This document shows, piece by piece, positions 11,847 to 20,563 of a DNA stretch of 64,000 nucleotides. The notes below the pieces were generated by a model, which made no database searches, was not told the origin of the DNA, and saw only the letters and a list, made by a program, of their open reading frames with translations. Every line of letters begins with the position of its first letter. The stretch's first letter is position 1. Both the position numbers and the translations under genes were made by a program. The stretch covers positions 3,550 through 67,549 of the forward strand of contig CBDUOG010000004.1 of NCBI GenBank assembly GCA_965368785.1, written 5' to 3'. The DNA comes from an uncultured Gammaproteobacteria bacterium (GTDB taxonomy: Bacteria > Pseudomonadota > Gammaproteobacteria > Xanthomonadales > Xanthomonadaceae).

Positions 11847-12086
11847 TTAGGCTTTTACGTGCGCCTTAATATAATCAACTGCTTGCTGAACCGATGTGAT
11901 CTTCTCAGCTTCTTCGTCCGGAATTTCACACTCAAACTCTTCTTCCAGAGCCATAACCAGCTCAACGGTGTCGAGCGAATCGGCACCCAAATCGTCAACG
12001 AACGATGCGCTTGTGGTCACTTCATCTTCTTTAACGCCGAGTTGTTCAACAACGATTTTCTTTACGCGTTCTTCAATACTACTCAT
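11847..12086 (-). CDS. acpP: Acyl carrier protein
   Basis: [20 protein letters not shown]. Confidence 0.99.
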   Translation of the reverse strand: MSSIEERVKKIVVEQLGVKEDEVTTSASFVDDLGADSLDTVELVMALEEEFECEIPDEEAEKITSVQQAVDYIKAHVKA

Positions 12087-12208
12087 GGATTTGGATTCCT
12101 CCCGATTACCGGATTAGGCGCTACAGATTAGGGTGAGACCGAGCAGCGCCGCGCGCCGATATCACCTTAGGGGGCTAATTCTAGCTCACCCTAGGCCCTA
12201 ATGGGCAT

Positions 12209-12958
12209 TTATGGCATATACATTCCGCCGTTGACGTGGATCGTCTCGCCGGTGATGTAGCTGGCAGAGGGCCCTGCCAGAAAGGCGACAGCATCGGCGA
12301 TGTCCTGCGGGACGCCCAGTCGACCCAGAGCAATCTGCCCCATCATTGCCTGTTTGGCGTCATCGGGCAGATCTTTGGTCATATCGGTTTCAATGAAACC
12401 AGGGGCCACAACATTGACCGTCACACCGCGCGAACCGATCTCTTTGGCCAGCGATTTACTGAACGCAATGATTCCGGCTTTGGCCGCAGCATAGTTGGAT
12501 TGGCCGGCATTGCCGGTAACGCCAATGACCGACGCAATATTAATGATCCGGCCCTTTCGTGCTTTCATCATCGTGCGCATGACCGCTTTGGAGCTGCGGT
12601 AAACCGACGTCAGATTGGTGTCTAAAATGGCCTGCCAATCTTCGTCTTTCATGCGCATCAGCAAATTGTCGCGAGTAATACCGGCGTTGTTGACCAAAAT
12701 ACTTAAACCGCCGAATTCCTTGCTAATGCCATCAATCAGCGCTTCAATTGCGCCCGCCTCGTTGACATTTAGTACGCGGCCTTCGCCACCCAGAGCCTTC
12801 ATCCGCTCGCTGATCGCGTTTGCGCCGCTCTCGCTGGTTGCTGTGCCGATGACTTTGGCGCCGCGAGCAGCGAGGGTGTCAGCAATTGCCGCGCCAATTC
12901 CGCGGCTGGCACCGGTCACCAAGGCAATTTCACCGACTAAATTTTTATCCTGGCTCAT
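12209..12958 (-). CDS. fabG: 3-oxoacyl-ACP reductase
   Basis: TGASRGIG, NNAG, YAAAK. Start at 12958 gives an ATGA overlap with fabD. Confidence 0.98.
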   Translation of the reverse strand: MSQDKNLVGEIALVTGASRGIGAAIADTLAARGAKVIGTATSESGANAISERMKALGGEGRVLNVNEAGAIEALIDGISKEFGGLSILVNNAGITRDNLLMRMKDEDWQAILDTNLTSVYRSSKAVMRTMMKARKGRIINIASVIGVTGNAGQSNYAAAKAGIIAFSKSLAKEIGSRGVTVNVVAPGFIETDMTKDLPDDAKQAMMGQIALGRLGVPQDIADAVAFLAGPSASYITGETIHVNGGMYMP

Positions 12959-13899
12959 ACGGTTCCCCATTCTGAAAGTACGCTTTCGAAGTCACTCAGC
13001 GTGCCGAGTGGTTTGGACTCCAAACTCTTATCAATACGCTTGCTCAGGCCGGCCAAAACCTTACCCGGACCACATTCGGCAATGCGCTGACAGCCGGCAG
13101 CAGCCAAGGTCTGCACGCAGGCGGTCCATTGCACCGGCTCGGATAATTGACGAACCAATGCCTGCTGGATTGACGCTACATCACCACGAACTTGCGCATC
13201 GACATTGTGGACGACTTTCAACTTCGGGGCGTTCCAACTCAGGGACTGCATAAAGCGGCCCAACTCTAGCGCAGCGTCTTTCATCAATGGCGTATGCGAA
13301 GGTACCGAAACCGCTAACTTAATGACCTTGCGAATACCGGCTTCGTTCAGCGCAGCAATTGCCGCATCGACCGCGGTAATTTCGCCACCAATGACGATCT
13401 GACCCGGAGAATTAAAGTTGGCCGGCACCACGATTCCAGACGCGCTGACCGACGCGCATATTTGCGTCACCAAATCATCATCGGCGCCTAATACGGCGGC
13501 CATGCCGCCGGTACCTTCGGGCACAGCCGCTTGCATTAAACGGCCCCGCTCACGAACTAACTTGGCCGCGTCGTGCAAAGAAATCGCGTCCGCGGCCACC
13601 AGCGCGGCGTATTCGCCGAGGCTGTGCCCCGCAATCACCTCGGGGCGAGCGCCGCCCTGAGCTAACCACAGGCGCCAGACAGCGACTCCAGCGGCCAGCA
13701 ACGCGGGCTGGGTGAATTCGGTTTGATTTAGCTGGGCTTCCGGGCCTTGCTGCGACAGCGCCCACAAATCAACGCCGGCACCCGCGGATGCCTCGTCAAA
13801 GCATTCCTGAATCAGCGCGTGCCGCTCAGCCAGATCAGCCAGCATGCCAACGCTCTGGGAGCCCTGCCCGGGAAATACCAATGAAAGTGTCTGTGTCAT
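12955..13899 (-). CDS. fabD: Malonyl-CoA:ACP transacylase
   Basis: FPGQGSQ, GHSLGEY, VSVPSH. Confidence 0.98.
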   Translation of the reverse strand: MTQTLSLVFPGQGSQSVGMLADLAERHALIQECFDEASAGAGVDLWALSQQGPEAQLNQTEFTQPALLAAGVAVWRLWLAQGGARPEVIAGHSLGEYAALVAADAISLHDAAKLVRERGRLMQAAVPEGTGGMAAVLGADDDLVTQICASVSASGIVVPANFNSPGQIVIGGEITAVDAAIAALNEAGIRKVIKLAVSVPSHTPLMKDAALELGRFMQSLSWNAPKLKVVHNVDAQVRGDVASIQQALVRQLSEPVQWTACVQTLAAAGCQRIAECGPGKVLAGLSKRIDKSLESKPLGTLSDFESVLSEWGTV

Positions 13900-14002
13900 T
13901 CGCTAAATTCTTTCGCAAAGGCGCGCATCATAAGGGATCATTGTAAAACCTGTCTGTACTGTAGCGTACGGACAAGGCGTTAACTTGCAATAAAATGCGC
14001 GC

Positions 14003-14719
14003 TCACCGCCCCTGGGATGTCGCGAAGAACTCATGCAGTGCGCGCATCATGGCTTTGAGTTCGCGCCCGAAAAACAGGTCTAGCTTGCGCAAACGCAATA
14101 AAGCGCGTGCGTTAACTTCAAAAACGCGCCGCACCGTTTCTGACTCACTTCGCAAATGGGCCGCCAGCGCAGCGGTATACCGCTCAGAACTAATGACAAA
14201 ACGCGCTGTCGAGTACACATAAAACAATAGGTCGCGAGCTTGCGCATCCGCCAAACTCATTACCGTGCGCGGATCCTGGTCTAAGTCGATAAATCCAACG
14301 TGCCCGTCGCTGTAAGTAAGATTCCGCGAAAAGCCCTGATTCAACCACACGCCAGCTTGGTGAGCTCGCAATAGCTCGACAAAGCCTGCGGCAATGACGC
14401 TTAGCCGGTCTTCATCGCCTTGGGCGTTGCGGCATGCCCCGGCCAGAGTCATGCCCATATCCGATAAGACCAGGCAATTTGGCTCGCTGTGTAGAATCTC
14501 AGGGACTCGAAGCTTCGCCGCAGCTAATCTGGCGATCATTGATTGCTCAGTCCGCCATGCCTGCTCTGCAGTTTGCGGGACGCAGGGCAGCAATGCCGGC
14601 GCGCCGAGCCAATTAACAATCGTCGAAAATAACTTTAGACGAAGGTGACGACCTTCATCGGCATAGCGTTTACGCCACGCCGCCCGGCCATTCATCTCTA
14701 CGCGTTCAATCCGGCTCAT
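14003..14719 (-). CDS. Protein-kinase-like fold protein (Kdo-kinase/InaA-like), probably lacking the catalytic Asp
   Basis: beta3 Lys (WRKRY), alphaC Glu (TEQ), RVPEIL, LVLSDMG hinge, NQGFSRN in place of HxDxxxxN, FIDLD in place of DFG. Confidence 0.6.
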   Translation of the reverse strand: MSRIERVEMNGRAAWRKRYADEGRHLRLKLFSTIVNWLGAPALLPCVPQTAEQAWRTEQSMIARLAAAKLRVPEILHSEPNCLVLSDMGMTLAGACRNAQGDEDRLSVIAAGFVELLRAHQAGVWLNQGFSRNLTYSDGHVGFIDLDQDPRTVMSLADAQARDLLFYVYSTARFVISSERYTAALAAHLRSESETVRRVFEVNARALLRLRKLDLFFGRELKAMMRALHEFFATSQGR

Positions 14720-14726
14720 GCCCCGA

Positions 14727-15701
14727 TCAATAGCGAACTAGCGCCGATCCCCAGGTAAAGCCACCGCCAAATGCTTCCATCAGCAATAATTGCCCGCGTT
14801 GCACTTTGCCGGAGCGAACCGCGACGTCCAACGCCAGCGGCACCGAGGCTGAGGAAGTATTCCCATGCTTATCAACAGTAACGATCACCTTGTCCATGGA
14901 CATATTCAGGCGCTTTGCAGTCGCCGAAATAATGCGCAAGTTCGCTTGATGCGGAATCAGCCAATCTAACTGTGACTTATCCAGATTATTTGCCTGTAGC
15001 GTTTCATCAACGACAAAATCCAACGCCTTAACCGCGTGCTTAAAGACATCGTTGCCACTCATCATGACCCGCACACCGGCATTCAATTCATCGCGATTAA
15101 AGCCTCTTGATACACCAACCGGACAATGCAGCAACTCGCGCTTGGAGCCGTCAGCGTGTAAGTGCGTTGAGAGAATCCCGGTTTCCGAATCTGCCTTGAG
15201 AATCACCGCACCGGCGCCATCACCGAATAGCACGCAGGTACCCCTATCGCTCCAATCGAGCATCCGGGTGAGCGTCTCGGCACCCACAACCAAAGCAGTC
15301 TTTACCGATCCGCTTCGAATAAATTTATCCGCAGTTGCCAACGCGAATACGAATCCGGAACACGCCGCGTTAACATCAAATGCCGCGCAACCGTATGCGC
15401 CGATACGGTCTTGCAACAAGCATGCAGTCGACGGGAAGATGAAATCGGGAGTGGTTGTGCCGACAATGATTAAGTCAATCTCAGCCGCAGTAACCCCTGC
15501 GGCCTGCATTGCTCGCAGTGCGGCCTGTTCTGCCATGTCCGCAGTGGTCTCGCCTTCTGCTGCAACATGACGCTCACTGATGCCGGTACGTTCGCGAATC
15601 CACTCGTCAGAGGTTTCAACGATCTTTTCCAGATCTTTGTTGGTCAGCACTTTCTCTGGCAGGTAACTGCCGGTGCCCGCGATACGTGCAAAAGTATTCA
15701 T
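14727..15701 (-). CDS. fabH: 3-oxoacyl-ACP synthase III
   Basis: AACSG, FGDGAGA, HQANLRI, GNTSSAS. Start is 15701 (GGGA SD) or 15707. Confidence 0.97.
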   Translation of the reverse strand: MNTFARIAGTGSYLPEKVLTNKDLEKIVETSDEWIRERTGISERHVAAEGETTADMAEQAALRAMQAAGVTAAEIDLIIVGTTTPDFIFPSTACLLQDRIGAYGCAAFDVNAACSGFVFALATADKFIRSGSVKTALVVGAETLTRMLDWSDRGTCVLFGDGAGAVILKADSETGILSTHLHADGSKRELLHCPVGVSRGFNRDELNAGVRVMMSGNDVFKHAVKALDFVVDETLQANNLDKSQLDWLIPHQANLRIISATAKRLNMSMDKVIVTVDKHGNTSSASVPLALDVAVRSGKVQRGQLLLMEAFGGGFTWGSALVRY

Positions 15702-15728
15702 CGTCATTCCCAAATATTTTTCGACCAG

Positions 15729-15761
15729 CAAAACAAATACGGCGGGCAGAGCCCACCGTAT
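15729..15761 (-). terminator. Intrinsic terminator between rpmF and fabH
   Basis: Minus strand atacggtgggc-tct-gcccgccgtat followed by ttgtttt. Confidence 0.65.
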
Positions 15762-15812
15762 CAGGATAATCCTTTTTGACCCTCATCAGCTAATTGAGCT
15801 GACGCAGACGGA

Positions 15813-16007
15813 TCACTCTTCGTCAGAAACCTTGGTTTTGACGTTGATTACTTTGCGGCCGCGGTAAAAACCGTCGGCAGTTACGTGGTGACGCAGATGC
15901 GTTTCACCCGTGGTCGGATCGGTTGCCAATTGCTTGGCACTCAATGCACGGTGCGCATTGCGCATGCCCTTACGGGACGGGGTGACGCGAGATTTTTGAA
16001 CGGCCAT
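15813..16007 (-). CDS. rpmF: 50S ribosomal protein L32 (Cys-free form)
   Basis: [16 protein letters not shown]...[14 protein letters not shown]. Confidence 0.98.
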   Translation of the reverse strand: MAVQKSRVTPSRKGMRNAHRALSAKQLATDPTTGETHLRHHVTADGFYRGRKVINVKTKVSDEE

Positions 16008-16009
16008 TG

Positions 16010-16534
16010 TTACTCTCCGGAGCGCTTACTTTGTTTGAGCGCAGCAAGCGCAGCAAACGGGTTAGGTTGTTCTTCTGGCTCTGATTCTTCGGCCGGCCAA
16101 TCGGCCTCCATTGCTTCAGTGCCTGGCTTCACCGGTATGGCCGGTATCGCCAATATCAATTCATCTTCGATGAAATCTGCTGGATTGATGTGCCCGCTAG
16201 GGTCCACCAACCACGCCTCCATGCCCTCATCCAGTGCGCTTTCCTGCGACTCGCTTTGCAAAAGACCAAGTCTTTGCTCAAGCTTGACCGGCGCGAAAAA
16301 CGTTTCGAGACTGCGCTGACATAACAGCGGCAGACGCGCATCAAGATTCACATCCACGAAAGCACGATTGAAATCGTCTCGCCCGAACTGCAAAGAAAAC
16401 TCACATTCTCCCTGCTGCTCAGATAAAAGCTCGGCGAGCCGAGGCAATTCAATCAGCTGCAAACGGCCCTCAAAGCGCCGTCTGGACTGAACCATACGCC
16501 ATACATCAACGGAGGCTGGCAAGGCTGCAGACAT
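16010..16534 (-). CDS. yceD: YceD/DUF177 23S rRNA accumulation protein
   Basis: [28 protein letters not shown]; upstream of rpmF. Confidence 0.93.
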   Translation of the reverse strand: MSAALPASVDVWRMVQSRRRFEGRLQLIELPRLAELLSEQQGECEFSLQFGRDDFNRAFVDVNLDARLPLLCQRSLETFFAPVKLEQRLGLLQSESQESALDEGMEAWLVDPSGHINPADFIEDELILAIPAIPVKPGTEAMEADWPAEESEPEEQPNPFAALAALKQSKRSGE

Positions 16535-16543
16535 AAGCCGCAA

Positions 16544-16572
16544 AGCTTATATCGCTAAACCTATGTTGTCAA
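16544..16572 (-). promoter_or_regulatory. Sigma70 promoter of the yceD-rpmF operon
   Basis: TTGACA-17 nt-TAAGCT on the minus strand. Confidence 0.7.
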
Positions 16573-16667
16573 TGCACTTTTGACCTAATTCAGCAGCGAA
16601 TCAGGGCGTTTGAGTTCATCGGCCGCACAGGGCAGACTGTGCTGCACTCGTCCCGGGATACATCGCG

Positions 16668-17150
16668 TTGCAGCTCCTGTTGATTCTCTCAATCACCGCC
16701 GTCGCCACCGTGCTCGCCGGCATTATTTGGGCCAGCCTGCGCAGCCGCAGGCGGACCCGATCGATTTATCTGATGCTTGATCTTGCCGACGAGCTCGAAG
16801 CCCTATTGCGCGAAGCCCAGAGCCGCATGAAGACAGTCAAGTCCCTGATTGACCGCGTACCCGAAGATATAGCCACAGATGCGCGCGCCAGAGCAGCAGC
16901 GGGCCTGCCGCTGCAGGACGCCAAACGAGACTTGTTACAGCACCGCATGTGGATTCAAAAACATGCCCTCGACGCCTCTCAGGCAGAATTAGACCAAGCC
17001 TGCGATGCCCTGAGCTCGGCTAGAAATGCCCTCGCCCACCAGCTATCCGAACTTAGAGCCGCTTCTTACGAGTTTGAAGAAGCAACCGACGCTTCATGGC
17101 AGGCCTCACAACGCGAACCAAGCGCACTAAAACGCGACCCGGAACGCTAA
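16668..17150 (+). CDS. Hypothetical protein with N-terminal membrane anchor and helical/coiled-coil body
   Basis: 160-aa ORF (TTG start) fills the gap; hydrophobic N-terminus followed by heptad-like helices. Confidence 0.7.
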   Translation: MQLLLILSITAVATVLAGIIWASLRSRRRTRSIYLMLDLADELEALLREAQSRMKTVKSLIDRVPEDIATDARARAAAGLPLQDAKRDLLQHRMWIQKHALDASQAELDQACDALSSARNALAHQLSELRAASYEFEEATDASWQASQREPSALKRDPER

Positions 17151-17251
17151 GCTGAGCGCTTTTGGGAGCCAAAAGTGCGAGCTATTGCTCCTAACAGCGG
17201 GCTCAAGAAGCATGCCGTTGCGGCCGTTAATGAAGGATAGAACTCACATTT

Positions 17252-20200
17252 ATGGCGCAAGGGCCAGGGACGAGCATGTTTGACCATTTGCTTTCACAGG
17301 GCGACAAAAGCATTGAGGACCCAACCAACAAGGCTCCGCAATGGATTCTGCTGTCCATTGGTTTCTTCGTAAGCTTGGCACTATGGTTTATCGTCGCAGG
17401 CGTACTTCAAAAACAAGACGAAAAGGAATTTCAAACATTCTCAGACGCGTTCACGACCAAGCTGGAAACTCGCCTCAACCAGAAGATCGCCACACTGCGG
17501 TCATTTCAAGCCCTTTTTGATAGCAGCAGCTCGGTCAGCCGCAAGCAATTTCGCGACTTCTACCGCACAGTTCAAGACGGTGAACTGCGCGAAGATGCCG
17601 GATCAGTCCAATATCTCAGCCGGGTCATCGCTGAAGACAAAGCCGCGTTTGAAAAGCGGGTGCAGGAAGACCGCTCACTGCCCGGTGAGGACTTCACAAA
17701 CTTTCGAATTCGCTCACTTGATGACAAGGACGAATATTTCGTCGTCACGTATCTGGAGCCAATATCCGGAAACGAATTAGCCCTCGGCTTAGACAGCGCC
17801 TACCTGCCGCAGACCAGAGAGTCCATCGAACGTGCACGAGACACAAACAGTGTGGCCATATCGCCACCCATTGCACTGATCCAAGATGGCTTGCGTAGTG
17901 ACGGTCTGCTCATCCGATTGCCGATCTATCAAAAAGACGCACCCCTTGCTACCGTGAATCAGCGACGTGCAGCACTCACCGGCTTTATCAGTGGCGTCGT
18001 GCGGGTGCGAGAGCTGATCGAGAGCATTGCACCGATTGACGAAGACAATCCCTGGTTTGATCGCTATGAATTGGTTATTCGCGACCTAAGCCCAAGCTAC
18101 TCCACGTCGTATATCGCCCCGACGCCGGAGACTGCCGATGAACAATCGCAGCCAAGCTCCGGGCAAACACTATATGACAGCCGCAAGCTTCACGCAGATG
18201 GTCCCAGCCCCGCATTGGCTGAGATGGAGCGATTCAGCCAAGCCACCGCTCTCAATATCGGCGGCCGCACCTGGGAAGTGCAGCTCTCGCGCCCTTCTAA
18301 CCTGCCATTGCTGGCGCCAGCAGCTTTGCTGCTACTTCTGGCGTTTTTTGTTTTTACTTTATTAGTTGTCGCAGTTTTTGCTCGCTACCAACGCCGCATG
18401 CATTACATCAAGGGTGAATCTGTCCACACCTTAGATGCTCTGCAGATTACGCGCACAACAATGCATTCGATTTTTGAATCGGCAAACGATGGATTAGCGA
18501 TCACCGACTTCAATGGTCGATTCCATGACGCAAACCAGAACTTTATGCAGCTCTTCGAGAGGTCGCTGATCGACCTTAAAGAGCTCACTTTGCTTCAACT
18601 ACTGCAATCTAATGTTATCGGCGAAGCAAAAAAGAGAGCGCTGAAGCGTGCCTGCATGGATGACCTGCTCGGATCGAGCCTTGATTGCGTTGTCGAGTTA
18701 GCCGATGGAACCCGCAACGTACTCTCAGTGGATGTTCGGCAGATTGCAGAGAAACCGCGTAGTTTCTTAGTTCGCGCCAGCTTGTTCACAAACAAGGCCC
18801 GCTCGCTGATTAAAAAGCTTGGATCGGTGGACATCGATGAAACCGATATCATTCGTGAATCGATTGTCCAGAACGCCCCCTTCTCCATTGTTGCCACTGA
18901 TCGTCACGGCGTAATTACCCTGTTTAACCCGCAGGCCGAGTTGGTGTACGGATACCGCGCTTCAGAAGTCGTCGGTCACTGCACACCGGTGATTTTGCAC
19001 GACACCCAGGAAATCGCAAAACGAGCCGCCGAACGTGGCATGCCCATGGATTACGACAATCCGACACTCACGCTGCTATCGCTAGTCTGGAACGGTCGCG
19101 CAGAAGAACAGGAATGGACTGGCATTCGTAAGGACGGCAGTAAGATTACGGTGCGTTTGAATTCTTGCGCATTACGCAATTCGCAGGGCGATATTACCGG
19201 CTACCTGCGAATCTCCTACGACGCAACGGAACGCAAGCGCAGCGAAGAGCAGATACGTCATTTCGCACTGCACGACAACCTAACCGGGCTGGCAAATCGT
19301 CGGCTGTTCGAAGAACATCTGCTAGCGGCTATCGCCCGTTCAAATCGAGACGGCCAAGCACTCGCCATACTGTTCCTCGACCTGGATCGCTTTAAGCCGA
19401 TCAATGACACGCTGGGACATCACGTCGGCGATGAACTACTACAACAAGTCGCAAAACGCATCAGCAGTAACGTGCGCGGCTCCGATATCGTGGCGCGTTT
19501 CGGCGGCGACGAATTTATCGTTCTGCTATCCACAGTCAAGGATAGTGACAACGCGATGGAAGTCGCCAAGAAAATCCTCTCGTCTTTTGCCGAACCCATA
19601 GTCGTCGGCCTGCATACGCTGCGCATGTCGCCGAGCATCGGGATTTCACTCTTCCCGGAACACAGCACCGAATCGCACAAGTTGGTTCGACTCGCAGACA
19701 CCGCAATGTATCGGGCGAAATCTCTGGGGCGCGGCAAGGCGGTTATTTTTACTGAAGACATGAACGAGGACGAAAGCGATCGCCTGAGCATTGAGACAGA
19801 CCTGCATCTGGCAATGGAAATGGACGAACTGTCCCTGCACTTCCAACCCCTGTTTAACTGTGTGGACAACGAGTTGATCGGCGCAGAAGCGCTGCTGCGC
19901 TGGACTCGAGACGGCCACAATGTGCCGCCGGCCGAATTCATTCCTCTGGCTGAGGATACGGGCCTGATAGTCCCTATCGGCGCATGGGTATTAGATCAAG
20001 CGTGTGCTCAAGCAGCTCAATGGGTTGTCGCGGATTATCCGCTGCGCGTGTCGGTAAACATTTCCATTCGCCAACTTGAGGCCGAAGGATTTATAAACCT
20101 AGTTCGCGAAACGCTGAACAAGCACAAACTTGATGCGCGATATCTTGAGCTGGAAATTACCGAGAGCATGGTGGCGAATAATCCAATCAAAGTAGTTGCC

Positions 20201-20563
20201 GTGTGCAAGGAACTGAAAAACCTCGGGCTCAGTCTGGCCATCGATGACTTCGGCATGGGATTTGCCGGCATGTCTTATCTTCGCGACTTCCCGATCAATC
20301 GCTTCAAGCTAGACCAGTCGTTTTTAGAGCGGGTAACTACCAATGCGCGTGACGACCAGTTTGCCACGGCAATATTGGCGCTGGCCAAAAGCATGAACAT
20401 CAGCGTCGTTGCAGAAGGCGTCGAAAGCGAAGAGCAAATGGCATTTTTACGTCGTGAAGGCTGCAACGAAGTGCAAGGATTTTTTCTCGCCAAGCCCATG
20501 CCTGCGACAACCCTCAGCCGGATTCTGCAAGAGCGAATCAGTCTTGCGAACGATTCGATATAG
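17252..20563 (+). CDS. CHASE-PAS-PAS-GGDEF-EAL diguanylate cyclase/phosphodiesterase
   Basis: TM-flanked CHASE (YLEP..GNELALGLD), two PAS domains, RGSD-IVARF-GGDEF, AEALLRW, DDFGMG, AEGVE. Confidence 0.93.
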   Translation: MAQGPGTSMFDHLLSQGDKSIEDPTNKAPQWILLSIGFFVSLALWFIVAGVLQKQDEKEFQTFSDAFTTKLETRLNQKIATLRSFQALFDSSSSVSRKQFRDFYRTVQDGELREDAGSVQYLSRVIAEDKAAFEKRVQEDRSLPGEDFTNFRIRSLDDKDEYFVVTYLEPISGNELALGLDSAYLPQTRESIERARDTNSVAISPPIALIQDGLRSDGLLIRLPIYQKDAPLATVNQRRAALTGFISGVVRVRELIESIAPIDEDNPWFDRYELVIRDLSPSYSTSYIAPTPETADEQSQPSSGQTLYDSRKLHADGPSPALAEMERFSQATALNIGGRTWEVQLSRPSNLPLLAPAALLLLLAFFVFTLLVVAVFARYQRRMHYIKGESVHTLDALQITRTTMHSIFESANDGLAITDFNGRFHDANQNFMQLFERSLIDLKELTLLQLLQSNVIGEAKKRALKRACMDDLLGSSLDCVVELADGTRNVLSVDVRQIAEKPRSFLVRASLFTNKARSLIKKLGSVDIDETDIIRESIVQNAPFSIVATDRHGVITLFNPQAELVYGYRASEVVGHCTPVILHDTQEIAKRAAERGMPMDYDNPTLTLLSLVWNGRAEEQEWTGIRKDGSKITVRLNSCALRNSQGDITGYLRISYDATERKRSEEQIRHFALHDNLTGLANRRLFEEHLLAAIARSNRDGQALAILFLDLDRFKPINDTLGHHVGDELLQQVAKRISSNVRGSDIVARFGGDEFIVLLSTVKDSDNAMEVAKKILSSFAEPIVVGLHTLRMSPSIGISLFPEHSTESHKLVRLADTAMYRAKSLGRGKAVIFTEDMNEDESDRLSIETDLHLAMEMDELSLHFQPLFNCVDNELIGAEALLRWTRDGHNVPPAEFIPLAEDTGLIVPIGAWVLDQACAQAAQWVVADYPLRVSVNISIRQLEAEGFINLVRETLNKHKLDARYLELEITESMVANNPIKVVAVCKELKNLGLSLAIDDFGMGFAGMSYLRDFPINRFKLDQSFLERVTTNARDDQFATAILALAKSMNISVVAEGVESEEQMAFLRREGCNEVQGFFLAKPMPATTLSRILQERISLANDSI

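Noticed and set aside
13925-13965. Internal stringent promoter for fabD (TATGAT-GCGCGCC on the minus strand)
   Set aside because: The -10 and discriminator look plausible, but there is no acceptable -35 or extended -10.
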